DNA of 64,000 bases from Azolla caroliniana (taxonomy: Eukaryota > Plantae > Polypodiophyta): the NCBI GenBank assembly GCA_043228905.1, contig JBHGNT010000009.1:6510001-6574000 (forward strand). Direction: 5' to 3'. Shown here piece by piece: positions 12,086 through 24,289 of the stretch. The position numbers were made by a program, and so were the translations under genes. Numbering within the stretch: position 1 is the first letter of the stretch; each line of letters starts with the position of its first letter. The notes beneath the pieces were generated by a model that made no database searches, had not been told where the DNA came from, and saw only the letters and a program-made list of their open reading frames with translations.

Positions 12086-13035
12086 TAGTTTTCCGGGAGC
12101 TCAGAGAGGGAGGCAGCGTCCGCTAATTGGACGTTCTGCTTCTGTTGGTGATTCTGCCACTTTCGGCAGTGACGCCGAATGTGGCCATAGTTGTTGCAGT
12201 AGAAACATTTGGGGCGTCCCTGGCTGTCTCGTTCGGGCAATGCACGCTTGGCACGTAATTGCGCGTTCTGGATGTCGATGTCCATGGGAGTGACGGCTGG
12301 TATAGTGTTTGTATGATCATGACTGAGATTACCTGGTGTGTGCATGTCGTGCGCGTCTGCAGCTTCGATGCGTTGGGCAGTGAGGATGGCTTCGTGTAGT
12401 GTCGTCGGGCCTTGATCGCGTACACGGCGGCGGAGGTCATGTCGTATACGCGGCCAAAAGAAAAACAACTTCATGTCCTCCGACATGTTGGCGTCAGCCC
12501 GGCGTAGGATCTGCACAAAACGAACCGCGAACTGGGTGATGGGTTCGCGTGGTTGTTGGGTAATTGACTCAAGTTGTTGTAGGGCCGTCTGGCGGGAGTC
12601 TTGATGAGCAAAATTCCGAATCATGGCTGCCCGTAACAGATCCCAGTCGTTGCGTGTCTCTTCGGGTTGTTGTACAAGCCATGTTGCCGCGATATTCTCG
12701 AGGAGTGTCTTCATCTCCATTGCCTTCCGAGGGTGTGGCCACTGGTGGTAATTGGCCACCATTTCGAAATGATCCAGCCAAGAGAGGACGTCTTCCGATG
12801 GTAGGCCGGAGAACGGTTTTGGGCGAACTCGAGAGTCCGGGAGATTTTGTTGTGGCTCGGATCGTGCTGAAAGAAAGGACAACATGGCTTGGTTAGTATG
12901 GTTAACTTGTAAAATGATGTTGGACAGATCTTGAACCAGTTGGTCGATTGGCGATGTGGGCTGGTGTCCTTGATTGTGTTGTAGGAATTCCGGATTCATC
13001 GAGTTTGCGTTGTCGTCGTTGTTGTCGTGTTGCAT
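12085..13035 (-). CDS. gag: Gypsy-B gag
   Basis: Open frame with PKPFSG..WLDHFE retrotransposon gag motif and CFYCNNYGHIRRHC knuckle. First ATG after the PBS is at 13035. Confidence 0.9.
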   Translation of the reverse strand: MQHDNNDDNANSMNPEFLQHNQGHQPTSPIDQLVQDLSNIILQVNHTNQAMLSFLSARSEPQQNLPDSRVRPKPFSGLPSEDVLSWLDHFEMVANYHQWPHPRKAMEMKTLLENIAATWLVQQPEETRNDWDLLRAAMIRNFAHQDSRQTALQQLESITQQPREPITQFAVRFVQILRRADANMSEDMKLFFFWPRIRHDLRRRVRDQGPTTLHEAILTAQRIEAADAHDMHTPGNLSHDHTNTIPAVTPMDIDIQNAQLRAKRALPERDSQGRPKCFYCNNYGHIRRHCRKWQNHQQKQNVQLADAASLSELPEN

Positions 13036-13075
13036 CGTGGCGGGCGTTGTTGGGGTCGTGAGTTGGGGTGGCTTG

Positions 13076-13092
13076 GCCCGTCTTCTCCACCA
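13076..13092 (-). promoter_or_regulatory. Primer-binding site of Gypsy-B, tRNA-Ala-like
   Basis: Minus strand TGGTGGAGAAGACGGGC, complementary to the TCTCCACCA 3' end of tRNA-Ala; the match is imperfect beyond 9-10 nt. Confidence 0.7.
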
Positions 13093-13111
13093 AGATGTGA
13101 AATGCTCAAGA

Positions 13112-13354
13112 TGTGAAATGCTCTCAAGAATAGCCTTCCTTTCATTATGTCTCAAGTTACATTTTATAGACTCTCTCTTAGCGTGGAGGGTGTTCTCCCG
13201 CTCCAATTAGCTCTACTAATTATGGGGCTTGGTGGGGGCCTAGTTTGGGTGTGGTGCATGAGGCTTGGTAGGGGCCTAATTTGGGTGTGGTCTATGTGTG
13301 GTGCATGGGGCTTGGTAGGGGCCTAATCTAGGTGTGGTCCATGTGACCACCACA
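13112..13354 (-). repeat. 5' LTR of Gypsy-B
   Basis: Direct repeat of 8534-8776. Confidence 0.96.
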
Positions 13355-13424
13355 ATATTTGATGTTTAATGTTTATTTTCTAATATTTAATGTAGTGAGA
13401 TAACCACAATGGTCACCTTAGACT

Positions 13425-15496
13425 CAGTGTTGCCTTTTGATGATCGTTTTGACCGTTTTTGGCAAATTTAACGGTATATGAAGGTTAATTTTAAAATGAA
13501 ACCGTCAATCTTGACAGGCATATATTTTATAAAAACGTAAAAATGAAGGTTTAAATTTTGTTAATACCATCGAATTTTGCTAAGTCCAAAATAATTGTAC
13601 ATGTATTAGTAGTTACAAATTACAATTCATAGGCTATCACTACATACCAAGAATTATGTGATTTAGGTGTGCTATTAGAGGTGCCTAATATGCCTAAGTA
13701 ACATGATTATATATCTTATACTAGTAGATATGGAGGATATGAATTTTTGGTTGCCTTTGGGAAATATCTTCTAGAAATTCAAAGCTCAAACCTAATAAAT
13801 TCCCCATCTACTCTTTGATGCTAGATGAAAGTATTGACAATGGATTAGAGTTGCACCTCATTGTGTATATTACATACTTGCAATGTGGTGGTTGTGGGCC
13901 TAAGGAAATTGAATATATGGGTTTGTTGAAAATTCCCAATGGTAAAGGTAGAACTATATATGAACATATATTAAACATATTAGGTGATCGATGCCTCAAC
14001 ATGAACAAGTTGATTAGATTAGCCATTGATGGTCCATCATCAATGATTGGTAGTGAAATTGGAACAGTAACATTAATGAAAAATGATGTCCCAAAATTGG
14101 TTTGTGTACATTGTATTGCTCATAGAGAAGCATTGGTTATTTTAGATGTATCTAGAGATATCTGTGAGCTCATTCTTGTAGAAAAAATTGCAAATAAGGT
14201 ATATGCATGGGCTAACAATAGTACCAAACACATGAAATTTTAGAGCTCTTGGAGCAAATGCAATTGGTTGCTCATAGAACCTTACAAATTCATAATATTT
14301 GTTGGTTGTCATGTGGTTAAGTCATGGAAAGTCTAGTAAGTATAATGCTTGCAATATTACTATTTGGAAGAAAAGAGAACTTAAAAGGGTGGTATAATAA
14401 AGCTTGTATCTATAGTGTACAATTTTGCTTTTGTATGATGGCTGATGTGTTTGCATTTGATGAATATTTTGAGCTTAAAACTTCAAAAAGAGAATTTGAA
14501 TGTAACTTCAATTGGTGCAGAAATTGATATTACTATTTCTAATTTGCGGAGGTCTTTCTTGAGAAATGACACATTTGCAGATGGAGCAATGTATTTATCC
14601 AAATTCTTAAGATGTTCTAAAGTTGGGTTTTTGGAAATAGAGGATAAAGATGGCATTACATATAGACATGAACTATACTTCAAACAAACTCCCATGGATA
14701 AAGCAAGTCACAATGATAAGAATCTCAATATTGAAAAATCTAAGGGAATGACGCCATTTATAGATGGATCACTTGAAAGTTGTATTAAACTATCTCAAAA
14801 TTATGTGCAAAAGATTATTGATGGACCAAATGCAAGGTTCTCTGATTTAAGCTTAAGCCTCTTCAATGTAGCAAAATTATTCAGCCCATGCCATTATGCA
14901 GAGGATAAAGTGATTAGGGATAGTAAAGCAAAGACATGGTTGGGAATTTTGATTTCTCACTTACAACCAAATGTTGATGTCAATGCATGTCTTCAAATTT
15001 TACATGATGCAAAGGCTTGTGGAATGGAACTCTATAGGTTTGTTGACACTTTACATTTAAATTGTGAAGGCTATATACTATGCGTGAAGCTTGGCGTATG
15101 TTTTGCAAAATGAAGGATTGGCAAGATAGTTTCCCTCATTTGATGAAATTATGGCACGCTACTTTGGTCATTCCATCTAGCACGGCTTCGTGTGAGAGAG
15201 GGTTCTCTAAGCAAAATATCATCAAAGAGATGAAAAGAAATTGAATATAGAACATTTAGATGATTTAATGTGAGTCTTATTGAATGGGCCACACATTGAA
15301 GAAATACAATGGGATCGTGTATATGAAAATTGGAAAGATGCAAAGGATAGAAGGGTATAATATATTGTTTAGTACGAATAATCGATGTATTTACTTTTTG
15401 AAGGGCAACTTTTTTGACAAACCATCATTTGACGGGCAAAAATTTTGGAATACCGTTCTCATGACAGGCAATGTTAGCCGTCAAAAGGCAACACTG
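13425..15496 (+). mobile_element. Decayed, internally deleted hAT DNA transposon (ZNF862-like transposase)
   Basis: 16-bp TIR CAGTGTTGCCTTTTGA (13425-13440) / TCAAAAGGCAACACTG (15481-15496). Near-TSD ccttagac(t) / ccttagag. Confidence 0.88.
13815..15280 (+). pseudogene. hAT transposase remnant
   Basis: LDESID...IDGPSSMIG...VHCIAHREAL, and C-terminal IPSSTASCERGFS at ~15170-15210. Multiple stops and frameshifts. Confidence 0.85.
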
Positions 15497-17900
15497 CCTT
15501 AGAGCTCATGTCTACTACACATTATTCAATCGATATTTATTGGATATACTTTTTGTGAATATCTAGTGCTCAAGATTATAAGTTTAATATTTGCATGCAC
15601 ATGTTTATTATTATTATTTTGTTCTCATACCTAGTATAGTGCATGACTATTTCCTAGATTGATGGCTACTTTAATTTTAACATACTTTGAACCATTAGAC
15701 ATTCAAAGCTAGATATGATACTTCAAAAGTTCTAAAAGTCCAATAGTGCACTTATGGTTCACATACCCTTCAAATAGGCTACGTCTTATCATAAAGCTAG
15801 ATGTGCTCAACATTGAATCTCACTCAAGTCCATTTCTAGAATATTATGCATATTCATTTGTTGGTTGAATAAATTCTTAGTGGTTTGATGTAGATCTAAA
15901 AGCACAAGTATATCTTCGTTGAAAGTCAAGTAAAACATTTCGCTAGAATCAACAAATGTGCATACGGATAATACATGCAAAAAGATAGCTAATATATACT
16001 TTGCATAGTTGCATAATGCATTCATTCATCTTGATCATAATGTTTAATTGTAATAAGATCAACAAGGCTTGTCATTTTGTCCTGTTGTTTTGAGGTATAT
16101 GCTAATTTTACAAGAAAGAGAAGGGAGATTACAACACTTTGAAATGGGATGATCTTGGCTTATTAGGAAAAGGTTAACCATTACAAAATGTGTGCTCTAT
16201 CATTCAAGTGGTGTGAAGAGTGGAATGTCTAAGGATAAAATCATGGTTTATCCTTGATCCTCGCATGTCCTTTCAAAGAAAAGATTCAAGGATAAAATCA
16301 TTATTGAAGAAGAGGACATTCCAAATTACTCTTATTTTTGTGTTGTCACATGATTGTGTTGTATAAAATCTCATAGTAGATAAGTATGCATAAAGGTGTG
16401 AGCATTCATATTTAGGATTTTAGATCGCTAATAACAAGTCCCTTTTTTGGAGTTTTATTAGTAACAATGTTTCATCAATTAAGATCACAATTCACTCCTT
16501 AGGCATGGCTCATGGGTCAATCTTTTGTTCAAGAGTATTGGTGAGAGAGAGAGGGGGGGGCTTAAGGTTATTTCCTTTAGCCTAGCTAGTTACGTCTAAG
16601 AAGCGGTTGTTGCCCAAACCAAATTATCAAGAGCCACATGTACTTTCATAGAGGCATTTAATTCATCAATATTATTATTTGGTTCTAATCAATAGATGTT
16701 GGCAATGCTTGGTGTGGGTGGTGTGCTTGTCAATTTGGATAACCCAAATCCTTTCGCCCACACAACTAAAGCCTTTAAATGGCATATAAGACGCATTTGC
16801 ACCAAAATTTTAGACTATATACAAGTCAGCCTCCTAAGTCTAAGGGCTCGACCTCTTTATCACAAAACATCAAAGTAAAATGAGCACATTGCATTTTAAA
16901 GAAAAATTGCAAATTAGGTCTAACAAATCAAGGGTTTTCCATACTAAGTATATTATGTTTAAGCTTTTCAACCACAATATTTTGGGTTAAAATCTCCCAC
17001 TACTAGCTCAATCTAGAGTTCATTGTAGAACATATCCGCATTCTTAGTTTGTGAACGTGCACGCTAGTCGTTTTCTCCTAAAAATGGGGCATTACAAACG
17101 GCTCTACAAAACCCAACGGTGGAAACAATACCATTACCTTGAGACAATGCTAATAAAATATAAAGAGATGTGGAGTTTAAGTTATACTTTATTGCACTTA
17201 TGAAGCTTCGTGTCTCACTATTGTGCTCCATGATTTCTAGCATGAAATCATAGAAGAACCCATCCATAAATTGTTTAACATGGGAAAGAGAATTGTTCTC
17301 AACATAATATTGAAAAAAAGAAATGTGAGCATACTATAATATTTTTAAATTCCAAGAAATTAGAAATGATCAAGAAGTGATTGGAAAGTGATATTGGTCC
17401 CTATGATAAGAAACATGTAAGCTTGCAAGGTCAAGACTCGCGGTGAATATTTTCAGCAGTTACTAGTTGGCATTGATGCAAGCTCGAAGATAAAAGGCTA
17501 AAGTAGGGCCATTTAAAAAACAATTGAAATGAAGGTAAAAATAAGTAAAAAGAGACGTTGAATAGTTGTGCACTGAATACGATAGCCATAAAAAGAGAAA
17601 AGTTCTTTCTAAAGAGGCTTCACTTTATGTACGCGTACACTGCGTGTGTGTATGTGTGTGTATGGAGAGAAACACATAGAGATAATCTAACGAAAGTTTT
17701 TGACATCGGGCCTTGTTTTTTGACTTAATGGGTATATGAAAGAGAGATCTCATCTATTGAAATAAAAAAGAAAGCCACACTTACAATTTTCAAAACAAGT
17801 ACATTAGAAACTCACACACACGCACATACACCAAATTTGGTTTTAGAAGACGTTAATATTTCTTCCTTTATCTCTCTCTCTCTCTCTCCATTAGCTGTAG

Positions 17901-18632
17901 AACTTTCAAAAGGATGAGGTAGACATAGAGGTCCCACACTATCCTCCCTGTCTCTTTATGTGCATGAATAAGAATACAATAAGAGGGGAGGAAGACTCTA
18001 CAAGGTCTTCCCAAGAAATCGGGGATCAAAGGAGGCGGATTTCCAAATGTCTCATTAAGGCCAAATTTCATTGTGTTATCAAGTGCAGAGCAAAAACTTA
18101 AGGTGTGTAGCAAATATACTTGAGAAGATTTGGCAATTCTTATAGATTGAGAGGAAATAGTTAAAGCTCTTGTTCTTGTACACCCCTTGCAAAGCACCAA
18201 TAGACTATGTTGAACAAAGTCCAATCATCTACTGCCAAATTGGCACATGTAGTTAAGCCCATCACGATTGGGAATCAATCACCAGTAGATCTCCTTGAGA
18301 GAACTTGGCACTATGATTGCATCGTGAGTCCATTACATGAATCATCAACTCCATCTATGCGACAATTGCAACAACCACCACAAACATCATCAATGGGTGT
18401 GGACATGGGGAAGTGGGGAGATGTATCTAAACAAAAGGCGAACATCGAGGTGACATTGGCCACTCGGCTAGTGGAGGAGGACGCATTAACTACCAAGAAC
18501 AAAACCAACAATGACATGAAGAGGTTGCCAATCGAGTTGGAAACCGAAGAAGATGATGAAGACAATAGCGTGAAACCACTAAGGCAAGTGAGGGTGATGT
18601 TGCCTGATAAATTATCAGAAATCAATGGCTAT
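17901..18632 (+). pseudogene. Orphan exon-like segment of unknown gene
   Basis: Preceded by a (CT)n tract and AG, followed by GTGAGT at 18633. One reading frame joins ORF 18207.. with only four TAA/TAG stops. No family recognised. Confidence 0.35.
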
Positions 18633-18721
18633 GTGAGTCTATCTCCTTTTATTAATTTCACACCAACTGCAAGTCCTCAAGCATTTGAAAATCCTTCTTT
18701 AATTAGGCCTCCTATAAGTAT

Positions 18722-18730
18722 TACTACTAG

Positions 18731-18765
<35 letters not shown>

Positions 18766-18772
18766 GTACTAC
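18722..18772 (+). repeat. (ACT)n microsatellite
   Basis: tactactagtactactactact... Confidence 0.9.
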
Positions 18773-19105
18773 TTGTAGAGAGGAAGGGACTCAGCCTTAT
18801 AATAAAACACCCAAGAATTTCTCTCGTCGTTTTTTTAATCCTTCTCGTATTAGTTCCTTTTGGCTTGCCATTCACAATTAATTTTCTTATACATCATCTT
18901 AGAAACTAAGTTTTTCAATTGATGGATCTAGTCGTCCTTCTTCTATATCTCCTTGAAAAGCTAGACTCGCATTTGTCTTTGTTTGGCAATTGTTTCTCCC
19001 ATAACGTGACACATACCTTCACATTGTGTGTGTGAGAGAGAGATAGCTATTCCGCCTAAATTATAATCACTATAAGCACATAAGTAGAGATAGTGAGAGA
19101 CATAA

Positions 19106-19278
19106 GCAAATCCATACACATAGAGAAAGATAGTTCCTACACATGTGAGCCCAAACAAACACCCACATACACATTCTTTTTAGATTGACATAGATTATGC
19201 AAATCTATACACATAGAGGAAGATAGTTCCTACACATGTGAGCCCAAACAAACACCCGCATACACATTCTTTTTAGAT
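19106..19278. repeat. ~93-bp tandem duplication
   Basis: gcaaatc(c/t)atacacatagag...cattctttttagat at 19106 and 19199. Confidence 0.85.
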
Positions 19279-20429
19279 GCCTGCATGATAAAACCAAATA
19301 GATATCATGATTGACACACGACTATCTTAACATCCATCTCGTCATCTTCTCTTTTATCCTATCATGGTATCTTTTTCATTGCCACGTCTCACAATATTGA
19401 CATCAAGATATTGTATGGTGTCACGTTTCATTTTGCACAGACTTGCATAGATCCATTTACAACATCATCCTCTCCCTAACATTTATATTATTTCCATTTC
19501 ATGTCTCCCTCAAACACACCTCTATCCACATCTAGACATATGCATGTGTTTGAATGCCTTGAATGCACTTACACCACATCATACCCTCAATAATATCTCT
19601 AATGCTCACATCCATTTGAATGTGTCGTTAAGGTAGATCCCTCATATTTCTTTTGTGTCAACTAATTCTCCATTTTAATTTCATATGCAAAGAGATATCT
19701 AATCCATGTAAATGAATTGTAATTAAATGTATTAGCGCCTCTACAAATTATTTTGTGGGTTTTCCTTTATCACATCTTGGCACTTATCCGGTTATACCAA
19801 ACTCCTTATTACATGTTTTTCTGATCCACTTCAATACATCACCTGATCGGTTTGAGCCCTTTATTCTTCATGATTTCCACTCATTTATTAATCTTTCCAC
19901 AGACACCCATGTCATTACATTCCATGAGGCGTTTTACTTAAAGGATACTATTAAGGGATCTATACATGGGTTGTACAACTTTCGTAAAATCAAAGTTACC
20001 ATACAATTGAATGTTGGACTTTTCAATGCATCAACTGTTTCAATGTATTGATAGCGAGTTATGCTTCTTGATAAAAAAGCATTTTTGTATATATTTGCGT
20101 GCTTTATTAATACTTTCACTTGTTACTATTTGTTATTGTAAAAATAAGAATTTTTCTGTTATTGTTTTATTGTTTGAGTAATGGGAAAGTCAAGCAAGTT
20201 TTGGAAACGTTTAAGTTTCATAATATTTTCAATTAATATAAACTAATACCACAGTGGACATGTTCTAAGCAACACACTTAAATTTTTTAATGAAAAGAGT
20301 TTTGAGAAAGGACATGATTTGCAAGCTTTTTTTCCAAACAAGATACTACATCAGTATTAAGAAACACCCTAATGCTATCTATACATAAAGGATGTACCTT
20401 TTGGTAATGAGCCCCTTTTTAAATTCTAC

Positions 20430-21000
20430 TTGTCTGCTTAAATAAATACTTCGGTGTAGAGTAGAACAATTGCACCTTATAAAAAATCTGACTATAAAAT
20501 AGTCCTTTGTCCTAGATGGCATGAAACTCCAATCGTTTGAGCTATGCCTATTGTGCATTACCTTTTATGTTATCCGAAGAACCATTGAGATTATGCACAA
20601 ACTTTGTCCAAATTCTAGAAATGTTTTGGGTAGGTCTTTTAGTCATATTTTGGAATACCTTCAAACGTCGAGCCTTCCAAATCTACCAAATTGTGATACT
20701 ATTTACCAATTGCCGTATTTCAGGTTTTCGGTCTCTATTTGTGGATTCCAATGTATAAATGTCTTTTGCATCAAACCATTTCTAATAACAATAGCATTTG
20801 CAACATCCTCTTGTTCATATACCGTTGGTTTATCTTTTACCACTACCCATAATACTACTCCCCATGTATACACTGCTCAAGGATATACTTGTATTAACAA
20901 TGTTATGACTCTTTTCTATATTTCCATCACAAAAGTCACAAATCCACAAACAATACTTGGGAGTCTCTACTAAATCTGCATTCCCCTTTCGTCAACCATT
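20430..21000 (-). mobile_element. LINE ORF2 3' remnant, highly decayed (approximate ends)
   Basis: Manual translation of the minus strand: ETPKYCLWIC...VYTWGVVLW...SITIW*IWKARRLKVFQ...IWTKFVHNLNG, matching SITLWVLWTSRCQRIFQ...IWLTLVHTLKG of the LINE at 27.0-27.3 kb. Confidence 0.75.
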
Positions 21001-21434
21001 CACGAGTTGCAAGTTGTAATTAACTAAAACTAATTTACCATCCAATTGAGCTTTTTAACATAGGTTTCGAGTTATATGATGAGAGTATTTCACGTAATAT
21101 GAAGCATTTTTTACATTAGAAATGATTAAGCCAATTGCCCTTGGATTTATTCATCGCTACTACAAAAAGTCTACTGTTTTTCAACAAATACCTTTTGTTA
21201 ATAAGATGTGAAATCATTTATTATTCCCAACTTGTATTGCCACTCTTTAGTCTAATGGCCCAAAATTCAAAGTTGTATTATGTATGCATATCAATGAAGA
21301 AGTTACGGATATGCATCAATTTCTAGAATCATCTTGTGAAACTTGAATCTTTGGCATTATTTTGTTAATGTTTGGACGTTGTATGCAATTTGATTACTTT
21401 TCATAGCTAGATCTCCCACAATGTCACTAGAATC

Positions 21435-21688
21435 CATAATACGTAAAATTCGTGTTCGTCTAGTATAACATTCGTTTTCTTACGTTGGAAAACGAATGCG
21501 AATGTTATCCAAACATTCTTGTGTGTTTTTTTTTGTTTGTTTATTTATTTTTAGGCTTATCTACCTCATAATAAATAGTTAATTCAAAAGTATGGTATTT
21601 ATCATTCTTTGAGGGTGTTTTTCTTTCGTGAATGATTGAACTATTCGCGAATGCGAATGCACGTATGGTACATATGGTTCATACTATG
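21435..21688. mobile_element. hAT-type MITE (254 bp)
   Basis: Ends CATAATAC... / ...ATACTATG. 8-bp TSD ctagaatc / ttagaatc. Both ends resemble the ends of the hAT at 41580-45306. Confidence 0.75.
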
Positions 21689-22139
21689 TTAGAATCAAAT
21701 TGATGCGATATATTGAGCCCCTAAAGCCATGTATTTATTTATTTTATTTTCCAAAAAACACTACTTTGCATTAGCTAGCAAAGAAAGCCATGTAAATTTA
21801 GTTACCCATGCTCCTCCTTGGCACATTGGACATATATCATGCGCCTAATGTGCGTATGTACTCCATGGTTTAATTTGTTATCCTTTGCTTTGAATCAATT
21901 GTACTACTTATCGGTGTAAAAATCGAAGTCATGAAAATCAAACAACTACAATATTAATAATGGTTGGAAATTGTATCATTATAAGTCATTCGAAGTACAT
22001 ATTCATGGTACCCATTTTTTTAATAATGTTTAGCCCATTTGTTCCATCTCAAAATTTAACATGCAATCGTTGCTCTAAGTGAATAACATGCATTCTTCTT
22101 GTTCGCATTTGAAATTGTCACTTTTCTTTCACTTCACCC

Positions 22140-22350
22140 CTTAGTATGAACCTATGTACCATAGATGCATTTGCATTCGAGTATGATAAACACCCTCGAA
22201 GTGTATTTATTATTTAGTATAAGGTAAAACTTTTTTTAAGGTAAAAAAGTGAGGAAAAAAAAATACAAACGTCAAAATAAGAAGATAAGTATGTTTTCAT
22301 GACATATGCATTCGTTTGCAAACGTATGAATGCAAATATTACTTTCTACG
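22140..22350. mobile_element. Second, inverted and eroded copy of the MITE
   Basis: cttagtatgaacctatgtaccatagatgcatttgcattcg approximates the reverse complement of the right end of the 21435-21688 MITE; gcattcgtttgcaaacgta motif at ~22310. Confidence 0.6.
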
Positions 22351-23860
22351 CGTCACCCAATGAACCCAAACTTCTTTGGTCTTACTCTTTTGAGTGTCTG
22401 TCATGTAGGACACTTCATAAATGGAAACAATTAAGCAAATAAATAATAACACAAATGGTGAACGTTTTACACGTTAGAAGACTAGTTCAATTTAAAATCC
22501 AAAATAGTAGTCATACAAGCCTACAAACGAGATTTCACAGTATTTGGGGCTCATTCAACAAGATTTAAACTACATTGATTTGCTCGTTTTTATTGACAAT
22601 TCAATGCATATGTCAATTGAACATTTAAAATCGCACCTTCGGCATGAAAGAGAATCATTTCAACTCTCCATGTGTAATGTTAATGGAATATTGATTGAAA
22701 TTGAGCAACTTGTAATATACAAAAGTACACAAACATTTTGGGTGAAAGAAGCAATACTTTCTATCACTTGTCTATGTAAATAAAGTGTAAAAATATACCA
22801 TGTCAATAGCAAATCCATTGTGTGTAAGGGCACATTTTATGTTGTTGGTTTATGAAAAGAAAATGTAAAAATGTGTAGTGCTACTTTGTAAGTGTAAGGG
22901 CACCTTTTCTATCACCAGTTCATGTAACGAAAGCATAAACATGTATACTGTCAAATTGTCAATATTGTTTCCGTTGTGGGTGGGGGACTTTTTCCTATGG
23001 TTGATCAATGCAAAAACATAGATGTAAAAGTGCAACGTACCAATACCATTTTTGTCATTGGGAAGTGGTATTCACACAAGTTGCAATAAAATGTGTCAGA
23101 AAGAGCATCCTTGTGGAATATAATCATCCAACTAGAAATAATTAAAAATGTTATGATTTTCCGGTCCCACGTTATAACTTTGATTTATCTTCACAATGCA
23201 TTATCATTTGTGTATATTATCCATTAGAATATCAAATATAGGGCCATCCATTTAATTCAAATAACATTTTCCCTTTCATAAAGCGATTGCTCATCAACAT
23301 TAATTTGAATGACAATCCATAGGGATCACATAGTCCAACGTTTATTTTGTTAAGAGGTGCCTAAAAACTCTAGATATTTAACTTCCCTCATGTTGGGCTT
23401 ATCACACTACATTCAACTTGAATATAATACAATAAACATTCTGTTAAATGCACACTTTGATCTTGAGAAAAAAGTGTGCACTTAGGGTTTCTCATGTGTG
23501 TTTTTTGTGTGAAAAGTTTCTTTCAACATCGTGAAAAGTGATCGACCTACTCAATGGGTCGATTCTAATGTTGACGAACCAATACCTCCACAATAGCTTC
23601 ATCCTCGATGTAAAGTTGTTCAAAATTCCACTATCACAATCTGCATCACCATTGTAGTATTGATGATCACAAAAATAGCAAGTTCGTAAGGATCATCTAG
23701 AGTACATTTTGTTCTTGACCTTCTGTGTATGTATTGTTGAATATTGGAGTTGATGTTGCGGAATAAATTGGGGACCTGTTCCTGAGTCTAGCAAACAATA
23801 CAACTAGCAACCGAGATAGAGATGCGCATTTTGACAAGATTCATGAGGATGAAACAGACA

Positions 23861-23863
<3 letters not shown>

Positions 23864-23914
<51 letters not shown>
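23864..23914 (+). repeat. (CA)n microsatellite, ~25 units
   Basis: Direct observation. Confidence 0.97.
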
Positions 23915-23916
<2 letters not shown>

Positions 23917-24289
23917 TGTTTAAGCTCAAAGACACTATGTTACATTAACCACTGAAATCCACTTTACAAGGTCAATCGACTACTTGTCGAGTCAACTGAT
24001 GTTTGAATTGGATAGTGGTCGATTCGGTTGTTGGCTCTCTATGCGCGTTGGTTCCCATGCTCCCCGATGGATCATCAATCGGTTTTTGGTTCCATTCGAC
24101 CCTTGATCATCTCTTGTCCTCTCGATCTCCTCACACTCAACTACGTCTACAACCTTTAGGCTGTTTGGCTCCTTTGACTTCGCCTTTTCGACTTGTCGGG
24201 TCGTGCCGTTCTTCGACTTACCTTTTGCTCCTCGTTCGAATCTTCTTTGCTAGCTCGCTTATACATCATTTAGACATGATATTTTACAG

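Larger units (their letters stand above)
8534..13354 (-). mobile_element. Full-length young Ty3/Gypsy element B (4.82 kb), no chromodomain
   Basis: 243-bp LTRs at 8534-8776 and 13112-13354 differ at 1 position. 4-bp TSD ATAT (8530-8533 / 13355-13358), PPT 8777-8788, PBS 13076-13092, gag plus pol in PR-RT-RH-INT order. Confidence 0.97.

Noticed and set aside
12085-13206. 373-aa gag starting inside the LTR
   Set aside because: The upstream extension runs through the LTR and the 16-bp duplication; the ATG at 13035 after the PBS is more plausible.
19300-20120. Possible very old RTE-like LINE remnant on the minus strand
   Set aside because: Only vague resemblance, with no diagnostic motif I can support.
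22800-24280. Possible decayed gene or retroelement fragments
   Set aside because: No recognisable motif or consistent reading frame.
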